Program-made: the position numbers and the translations under genes
The notes under the pieces: model-generated
What the model was told of the DNA's origin: nothing
Databases searched by the model: none
Seen by the model: the letters and a program-made list of their open reading frames with translations, nothing else
Origin: Candidatus Shapirobacteria bacterium
Lineage (GTDB): Bacteria; Patescibacteriota; Microgenomatia; UBA12405
Length of the DNA: 64,000 nucleotides
Direction: 5' to 3'
Assembly (NCBI GenBank): GCA_028704635.1
Contig: JAQWFB010000004.1
Coordinates: forward strand, 2,656 to 66,655
Part shown: positions 57,873 through 64,000 of the stretch, piece by piece
Numbering within the stretch: position 1 is the first letter of the stretch
Layout: every line of letters starts with the position of its first letter

Positions 57873-58223
57873 ATGTCATTCTTAATATATTTAATATTAA
57901 CAATCAATTTACTATGGTTAGGCTATCTAACTTACATAGTTTATATTAAAAATAATTCTAAAAATAAAGCTGTAGATTTGAACAATTTAGATAATAACCT
58001 AAAAATAGGCATTAATAGATTTAATCCGTTCGACGATGTTGGTGGCGATCAAAGCTTTATTTTAACCATTTTAGACAAAAATAATTCCGGAGCCATCATC
58101 ACTTCGCTTCATAATCGAGACATAACTCGAATTTATGCCAAGCCCATCAAAAATGGAGTTGGTGAAAATATCACTTTGTCAAAGGAAGAAAAATCCGCTA
58201 TAGTTAAAACTATTAAAAATTAA
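57873..58223 (+). CDS. DUF4446-family protein
   Basis: N-terminal TM, RFNPFDDVGGDQSF..LD..NSG.IITSLH.R..TRIYAKPI. Confidence 0.85.
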   Translation: MSFLIYLILTINLLWLGYLTYIVYIKNNSKNKAVDLNNLDNNLKIGINRFNPFDDVGGDQSFILTILDKNNSGAIITSLHNRDITRIYAKPIKNGVGENITLSKEEKSAIVKTIKN

Positions 58224-58230
58224 TTTTTAA

Positions 58231-59460
58231 ATGAATAAAAACATCGCACAAAAAATAGGATATTTAGGTGCCTTTCTTTTTTTTACTGGCATTTCCTATT
58301 ATTTATTTGATTATTTTATTCCATCAGGGTCTCATAAAACTATTTCTCCCAGTGGAACTGAAACATCTGAAACTGCATCCAAAACTGGAAGTTTTACTGG
58401 TCCAAAAACGGAAGTTTGCCCTATTAACGGTCAACTTTATACTGCTGAGGAAAAAGCCATTTGGTCAACCAGAAGGCCTCTTTTGGTTATGATTGAAAAT
58501 CATGAGGACTCTAGGCCACAATCAGGTCTTCAATCAGCTGATATTGTTTATGAAACTGTGGCCGAAGGTGGTATTACCCGATTTATGGGCGTTTTCTATT
58601 GTGGCATTGTTGGTGGTACTAATGGTAAATATGATGTTGGTCCGGTTCGTTCAGCTCGAACTTATTTTCTCGATATTGCTTCAGAATATGCCGACTACCC
58701 TCTCTATGCTCATGTTGGTGGTGCTAATTGTAGTGGTGGCGAAACCGCTAGTAAGATTGCTACTAATTGCAGTACTGACAAAAGAGCCCAAGCATTAGAA
58801 CAAATTTCTCAATACGGTTGGAATAGTGAAGGAACTGCTGGTGATTTAAATCAGTTTTCTCTCTCTTACAAAGCTTGTCGTCGTGAACCAGATCGAACTG
58901 GACAAGAAAGGGCTACAGAACACACCATGTATTGTTCAACCACTGAACTTTGGAATATTGCCGCCAACCGTGGTTTAACTAATACGACCGCAGTTAAAAA
59001 TACTTCTTGGGATAAGTCTTATCGTCCTTGGGCCTTTACTCAAAAGGATCAATCTAATGGTGCTGCTTCATCTTTTTCCTTTGATTTCTGGTCAGGTTAC
59101 AAAGCCTATTCTGTTTCTTGGAAATATGACCCAACCAACAACAATTACATCCGAAGTAATGGTGGTAGTGAATCAAAAGACTTCAACACTCAATCGACTA
59201 TTACTGCTAAAAATGTAGTTGTTCAATATACCAAAGAAACTAGGTCTATTGATGAGCATGGACATCTTCTTTATGAAATGATTGGCACCGGCAAGGGGTA
59301 TCTATTCCAAAATGGAACCAAAACCGAAATCACTTGGTCTAAAGCCAATCGACTTTCTCGAACTATCTTTAAAGATTCTGCCGGTAAAGAGGTTAATTTC
59401 GTCCCCGGTAATATTTGGGTTGAAATTTTACCAATCGGCAATGAAGTCTCTTTTCTATGA
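58231..59460 (+). CDS. DUF3048-family extracytoplasmic protein
   Basis: RPLLVMIENH..RPQSGL..ADIVYE..AEGGITRF, GPVRSAR, PGNIWVEI. Confidence 0.88.
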   Translation: MNKNIAQKIGYLGAFLFFTGISYYLFDYFIPSGSHKTISPSGTETSETASKTGSFTGPKTEVCPINGQLYTAEEKAIWSTRRPLLVMIENHEDSRPQSGLQSADIVYETVAEGGITRFMGVFYCGIVGGTNGKYDVGPVRSARTYFLDIASEYADYPLYAHVGGANCSGGETASKIATNCSTDKRAQALEQISQYGWNSEGTAGDLNQFSLSYKACRREPDRTGQERATEHTMYCSTTELWNIAANRGLTNTTAVKNTSWDKSYRPWAFTQKDQSNGAASSFSFDFWSGYKAYSVSWKYDPTNNNYIRSNGGSESKDFNTQSTITAKNVVVQYTKETRSIDEHGHLLYEMIGTGKGYLFQNGTKTEITWSKANRLSRTIFKDSAGKEVNFVPGNIWVEILPIGNEVSFL

Positions 59461-60053
59461 AAGTTCAAACCAGTCTCAAGCAATTGCTTGTCTCTCAAAC
59501 TAGATTAAAAATAATTACAATTCTTTTTGCTAATCCAAAAGAAATTTATTATGTTCGCCAATTAGTTCGTCTGGTCGATGAAGAAATTAATTCTGTCAGG
59601 CGAGAATTAGAAAATTTAAAAAAAGCCGGAATTGTCGAATCAGAGTGGCGTGGTAATCGTCTCTATTATTGGGCCAATAAACAATCGCCGATTTTTTATG
59701 ATCTTCTGATTTTGGCCAATAAAAATTCTGGACTTGGTTTAAAACTTCAACATAAAAACGAAACCCTCAGTCCCATTAAATTAGTCCTGTACAATTACAA
59801 ATTTGCCGTTGGCGAAAAAAGAAATCAAGACGGAATTGACTTAATTATTGTTGGAGATTTGTTTTCTCTTAAAGAAGTCGATCTCTTAATCAAACAAGAA
59901 GAAGAAACTCGTGGTCATGAAATTAATTACATGGTCATGGATAAAAGTGAATTTCAAATGCGTAAACAAAAAAGAGATCAATTTATTGTCGACTTTTTTT
60001 TAAGCTGTCCAATAGTTATAATTGGTAGCTCTTCAGAAATTGTCAGTATTTAA
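59457..60053 (+). CDS. Winged-HTH protein with degenerate nucleotidyltransferase-like domain
   Basis: SQTRLKII..YYVRQLVRL..INSVRRELENL..G.., then IDLIIVGD..HEINYMVM..EF. Confidence 0.75.
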   Translation: MKVQTSLKQLLVSQTRLKIITILFANPKEIYYVRQLVRLVDEEINSVRRELENLKKAGIVESEWRGNRLYYWANKQSPIFYDLLILANKNSGLGLKLQHKNETLSPIKLVLYNYKFAVGEKRNQDGIDLIIVGDLFSLKEVDLLIKQEEETRGHEINYMVMDKSEFQMRKQKRDQFIVDFFLSCPIVIIGSSSEIVSI

Positions 60054-60058
60054 AAAAA

Positions 60059-60247
60059 ATGACTCAAATTAGAAAAGTTATTAAAACCGGAAATAGTTTA
60101 GCCCTAACTATTCCATCGAAATCAATTAAAGAATTTAATATTAAAGAAGGGGATTTGGTTTTAATTAAAATTAACAGAAGTAAAGCCTCAATAAATTATA
60201 TTTTTTCTGGACACCCTCGTCAGCTTTCCCTTATCGGTTCTAATTAA
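60059..60247 (+). CDS. AbrB/MazE/SpoVT family DNA-binding protein
   Basis: RKVIKTGNSLALTIP....FNIKEGD.V. Confidence 0.8.
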   Translation: MTQIRKVIKTGNSLALTIPSKSIKEFNIKEGDLVLIKINRSKASINYIFSGHPRQLSLIGSN

Positions 60248-60250
60248 TTT

Positions 60251-61627
60251 ATGATCAACAAAGATAAAATTATGAGAACTTTTTGGACAATTTTAGCCTT
60301 GACTTTTATTTGTTTCATTATTAATTTTCCAAAAGAAATGCCAATCAGTTTTCATTTTGGCAGAGTAAATTTTGAACACACTTTTTATCGTCCAGATTTT
60401 AAATTTAAAATTGGAGAAAAAGAATATGGTAAAGATTTGGATTTAAAATTTGGTCTCGATTTAGCTGGGGGAGCTTCTCTTTTATTTAATATTGATACAT
60501 CCACTGTTAAAGAAGAAGATATTTCTTCAGCCCTTGAATCTCTAAAAAGTAATATTGAAAGAAGAATTAATTTATTTGGTGTCAGTGAAACCAATGTTCA
60601 AATTGTTAAACAAGAAAATGAATATCGTCTCAAAATTGAATTGCCGGGAGTCGAGAATGTTTCCAGTGCTATTAAATTAATTGGCACTACTGCCCAGCTA
60701 AAGTTCAAGGGAGAAATTGAAATTCCACCCGAAGCCACTGCTACAGCCACTTTTAATGATGTTTTTGCCAAAGATACCGGAATTAATGGTTCTAATCTTA
60801 ATAGGGCTAGCGTTCAATTAAACCCCAACACTTCCGAACCAGAAGTTTTATTGGAATTTGATGATCAAGGGGCTAAATTATTTGCCACCGCCACCGAAGA
60901 ACTCTTAAACAAAAGAATTGCCATTTTACTCGATGATGAACCAATCACTTATCCACCTACTGTCAACTCTGTCATTACCGACGGTAAAGCCGTCATCAGT
61001 GGTAGTTTTGATAATAAAACTGCCAGAGAGTTAGCTGTTCAATTAAATGCTGGAGCTCTGCCTTTGCAAATTAATTTAATTCAACAATCCCAAATTGGCG
61101 CCACTCTTGGTAAAGATTCAATTGATAAAGGAATTTTTGCTGGTATTGTCGGTCTAATTTTAGTTTCAATTTTTATGATTGGTAATTATGGCAAACTTGG
61201 TCTTATTGCCGACATTGGTTTAATTATTTATGGATTAATTACTCTAGCGTTATATCGTCTGATTCCAGTAACTTTAACTTTTCCAGGTATTGTCGGTTTT
61301 ATTTTATCAATCGGCATGGCCGTTGACAGTAATATTTTAATTTTTGAAAGAATGCGCGAGGAAACTCGTAAGGGTAAAAATTGGAATAATGCCATGGAAT
61401 TGGGTTTTGGCCGAGCCTGGGATTCCATTAAAGACGCCAATGCCTGCACCATCATTACTGGCTTAATTTTGCTTAATCCATTTAATTGGCCATTTTTGAA
61501 TACTTCCGGTATGGTTAGAGGGTTTGCCATTACTCTAATTTTAGGTATCATTATCGGTATTTTTACCGGTGTTTTTGTTACTAGAAATTTATTAAGAGTT
61601 TTAGCCAAGGAGAAAATCCAAAAATAA
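60251..61627 (+). CDS. secD: Protein translocase subunit SecD
   Basis: GLDLAGG, RRINLFGVSE, LNAGALP, GMAVDSNILIFER, VRGFAITL. Confidence 0.96.
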   Translation: MINKDKIMRTFWTILALTFICFIINFPKEMPISFHFGRVNFEHTFYRPDFKFKIGEKEYGKDLDLKFGLDLAGGASLLFNIDTSTVKEEDISSALESLKSNIERRINLFGVSETNVQIVKQENEYRLKIELPGVENVSSAIKLIGTTAQLKFKGEIEIPPEATATATFNDVFAKDTGINGSNLNRASVQLNPNTSEPEVLLEFDDQGAKLFATATEELLNKRIAILLDDEPITYPPTVNSVITDGKAVISGSFDNKTARELAVQLNAGALPLQINLIQQSQIGATLGKDSIDKGIFAGIVGLILVSIFMIGNYGKLGLIADIGLIIYGLITLALYRLIPVTLTFPGIVGFILSIGMAVDSNILIFERMREETRKGKNWNNAMELGFGRAWDSIKDANACTIITGLILLNPFNWPFLNTSGMVRGFAITLILGIIIGIFTGVFVTRNLLRVLAKEKIQK

Positions 61628-61629
61628 TT

Positions 61630-62493
61630 ATGAATATAATGAAGTTTCGACCACTATTTTTAATTATTTCCTCATTTTTGCTTTTTTTGTCTCTTTTATC
61701 AATAATTTTTTGGGGTTTTAAACCATCAATTGATTTTATTGGCGGTGCTGTTTGGGAAATGAATTTACCTTCTAATCCAGACAACTCTAAAATTGAAGAA
61801 ATTTTTTCTAAAAATAATATTAGTAATCTAGTCGTTACTAATAATAAAACTCAATATCATTTGGAATTTCAAGACATTAGCTCTGATCAAAAAAATACTC
61901 TAGATGAAGCAATTAAAAATCTAGATCAAGGTTATACTGAATTGAAATTTGAATCACTTGGTCCAGTTTTAGGCAAAGAATTATTAAAGAAAACGGTTAC
62001 TGCTATTATTCTTTCTGCATTCTTCCTGTTCCTTTTTATTGGTCGTCGTTTTAAAGATTTTTCCTTTGGAATTTCAGCCATCCTTGCTATGTTTCATGAT
62101 ACTTTTATTTTAGTTGGCGCTTTTTCTATTTTGGGTCATTTTTTTGGTGCCGAATTAGATTCACTTTTTGTTACTGCTCTTTTAACCACACTTTCATCGT
62201 CTGTCCATGATACCGTTGTTACTTTCAACCGCATTCGTGAACTCAAACGTCAAAATTTTCAAATAGACTGGGTAAATCTTGCTAATCAGGGTGTTACTGA
62301 AACTTTAAGTAGATCCGTCAACAATTCTATGACTATTGTTTTTATGTTACTTTCTCTCGTTGTCCTCGGTGGTGTCACTACCAAATGGTTTGCCACAGCT
62401 CTTCTAATAGGTGTAATTTGTGGCACTTATTCTTCAACCGGTGTGGCTATCCCTCTTGTTCTATTTTTCAAGAAACATCAAAAAAAGAAATAA
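61630..62493 (+). CDS. secF: Protein translocase subunit SecF
   Basis: SIDFIGG, AMFHD, SVHDTVVTFNRIRE, GTYSS. Confidence 0.96.
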   Translation: MNIMKFRPLFLIISSFLLFLSLLSIIFWGFKPSIDFIGGAVWEMNLPSNPDNSKIEEIFSKNNISNLVVTNNKTQYHLEFQDISSDQKNTLDEAIKNLDQGYTELKFESLGPVLGKELLKKTVTAIILSAFFLFLFIGRRFKDFSFGISAILAMFHDTFILVGAFSILGHFFGAELDSLFVTALLTTLSSSVHDTVVTFNRIRELKRQNFQIDWVNLANQGVTETLSRSVNNSMTIVFMLLSLVVLGGVTTKWFATALLIGVICGTYSSTGVAIPLVLFFKKHQKKK

Positions 62494-62628
62494 TTTTCTA
62501 AGTTTTTTGTCATTTTATGTTACAATCACTTAATTTTAAATAAATAATCTTTTCGCAGATCAATTTAATTAAAATTGTCCTTTGACAATTTAAAAATCTT
62601 TAAAAAAATAGAGAAAGAGGTTTTAAAA

Positions 62629-63276
62629 ATGTGGGAAAAAATAAAAATCCTATTGATTAAAATCAAGAATGTTTTAGTAGGAACCAACCCAAATGTAGAT
62701 GTGATAACAAATATTTATCAAGCCAGAGAAGTTTATGAAAACACTTTATTTTTTAGTGGCCGTAAAATAAGAAAAATAGTCGCTGTTATATGGGATAATT
62801 TTTCTTCTATCGAAATTGATACTATTAACACTGCTGACCAAGCCAGAAAATCTTATCGCAATTCTAGACCGGGTAGTAAAATTAGAGAAACTATTGCTAT
62901 TAAATGGGATGAACTCTCTTTTATTGAAATTAATGCCGCTAAGACTGTTGATCAGGCCAGAAGAGCTAATCGCGACTCTCGACCAGGCAGCAAATCCGAA
63001 AAAGTTTCTATAATTAAATGGGACGAATTATCATTAAAACAAGTTTTAGATATCAACACCATCGATGAAATTAGAAGAGCCATTACTTTTTCTCGACCAG
63101 GTAGTAAAGCCGAAAAAATCGGTAAAGACAAAGAGGAGAAGATTTTACTTGAATTAATTTCAAAAGCTAGTAATGTTGCCAAAGTTCAAGAAATTCGTAG
63201 AAATTATTTATCGTCTAGCAATGAAAAAATTAAAAAAGCTATTGATGTAAAAATAGAAGAACTCTCAAAAATATAA
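62629..63276 (+). CDS. Protein with ~5 tandem 38-aa helical repeats
   Basis: AGAGG SD before ATG 62629. SRPGSK recurs at 62863, 62977 and 63091 (114-nt period). Confidence 0.75.
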   Translation: MWEKIKILLIKIKNVLVGTNPNVDVITNIYQAREVYENTLFFSGRKIRKIVAVIWDNFSSIEIDTINTADQARKSYRNSRPGSKIRETIAIKWDELSFIEINAAKTVDQARRANRDSRPGSKSEKVSIIKWDELSLKQVLDINTIDEIRRAITFSRPGSKAEKIGKDKEEKILLELISKASNVAKVQEIRRNYLSSSNEKIKKAIDVKIEELSKI

Positions 63277-63294
63277 AGATTTTTTTAAACTTTT

Positions 63295-63357
63295 AAGATC
63301 TGTAGATTTTGTTTACACATTTTTGTGTTCACAAATTAATTCTGCAGTCTTTTTTTT
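63295..63357 (+). terminator. Long interrupted hairpin terminator
   Basis: AAGATCTGTAGA..TTTGT..ACAC..GTGT..ACAAA..TCTGCAGTCTT + T-tract. Confidence 0.55.
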
Positions 63358-63358
63358 G

Positions 63359-63538
63359 TTAAAAAAACTGTCTTAGGTAACTATCAAAAGTTTTTTTCAC
63401 TGGTTTAACTTCCTGATTCCGAATTGGTTGCTGTTCAGAATTTGGGTTTTTGTTATTATTCATTGGAATTATTGGAATAATTTTTTTAACAAGTTCACTA
63501 CCTCTTATTTCATTTAATCCTATTCTTGTTTCTGACAT
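63359..63538 (-). CDS. 59-aa hypothetical protein downstream of cca (not in the ORF track)
   Basis: ATG 2 nt after the cca stop. MSETRIGLNEIRGSELVKKIIP...FDSYLRQFF. Confidence 0.45.
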   Translation of the reverse strand: MSETRIGLNEIRGSELVKKIIPIIPMNNNKNPNSEQQPIRNQEVKPVKKTFDSYLRQFF

Positions 63539-63540
63539 TT

Positions 63541-64000
63541 TTATTTTAAATTTTTAACTTTCTCCAACAAAACCTCTCTTTCATTTAGTTCTGGTTTTTC
63601 TTCTACCTCATTAAAAATTGTCTCCAAAACTTCACCCACCTTTCGACTTGGTTTAATTTTCAAAATCTCCATCACATCCATTCCGTTAATTTTTAAATCT
63701 TTAATTGAAAAAGGTTGTTTTTGCACTTCCACAATTCTTTTTTTAAATAATTCCCATCGCCAACTGCTTTCCTTAGCCCCACTTCCCAATCTATCACCTC
63801 GTCTTAAAGCAATCATTTCATCAATATAATCAATGGTCACATTTCTAATAAATCTTCTCACCGCTTTATCAGTTTGGGTCGATATAACAGAAAACATATG
63901 CCATCTAACTAGTTTAAATAATTGTTCTAATTCCTTATTCGATAATCTCAATCTTTTACCAATATTCACAGCCATTCTCGATCCAATTATTTCGTGATTA
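63541..64000 (-). CDS. cca: CCA tRNA nucleotidyltransferase (HD-domain type), C-terminal part only
   Basis: HEIIG at the window edge, LVRWHMF, DKAVRRF, DLKINGMDVMEILKIKPSRKVGEVL. Confidence 0.85.
   Translation of the reverse strand, partial: NHEIIGSRMAVNIGKRLRLSNKELEQLFKLVRWHMFSVISTQTDKAVRRFIRNVTIDYIDEMIALRRGDRLGSGAKESSWRWELFKKRIVEVQKQPFSIKDLKINGMDVMEILKIKPSRKVGEVLETIFNEVEEKPELNEREVLLEKVKNLK

Noticed and set aside
62820-63110. CRISPR array or DGR template/variable repeat pair
   Set aside because: Repeats are in-frame, codon-degenerate 114-nt units with no spacers, no adenine-specific pattern, and no cas or reverse transcriptase in the window.
606-63182. Numerous short antisense or alternate-frame ORFs in the track (e.g. 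3161-3553, 11937-12263, 26897-27325, 26904-27407, 53544-53882, 61228-61608)
   Set aside because: Fully nested in well-supported genes, no motifs or initiation signals; shadow ORFs.
1-64000. Genetic code 25 (UGA=Gly) as in Gracilibacteria/Absconditabacteria
   Set aside because: Core genes are intact under code 11 and TGA ends genes in ATGA overlaps (56176-56179, 59457-59460).

Overview
A low-GC bacterial chromosome segment using genetic code 11. It has the hallmarks of Patescibacteria/CPR, most likely Microgenomates (inferred: no uL30 in the spc operon, LID-less Adk, Cys-rich surface proteins, DUF3048/DUF4446/wHTH-secDF block). The core is rpoB-rpoC-rpsL-rpsG, then a ~7.7 kb interruption (PilM-like/LytR_C protein, small accessory genes, a Nudix gene, rmlBCD, a ParB-like ORF, an FAD oxidoreductase), then fusA-tuf and the S10-spc-alpha supercluster through rplM-rpsI. 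The left end carries secreted/surface proteins (copper-amine-oxidase-N domain protein, very Cys-rich adhesin-like protein, PilX-like pilin, LPxAG protein, pacifastin-domain protein) and a TRAM-less MiaB. The right part carries uppP, an OB-DEDDy exonuclease, ppa, tRNA-Pro(GGG), recA-recX-rny, HU, nadE-nadM-Nudix, ychF, hicBA, miaA, an AI-2E permease, RNase P RNA, secDF, a 38-aa repeat protein and a partial cca. Features missing from the ORF track: rpmJ, tRNA-Pro, a ~253-nt minimal RNase P RNA, a 58-aa CC1/DUF5679-like protein, a 35-aa membrane microprotein and a 59-aa ORF after cca. Most notable: the compact RNase P RNA and adjacent chromatin-like microprotein, EF-Tu with a replaced switch I, a candidate split pilus-tip adhesin module, two in-frame GC-rich palindromes in miaA, resistance-type residues in RpoB/RpoC/uS12/EF-G, and pervasive leaderless promoters. 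All family assignments are by motif recognition from memory, not database searches.
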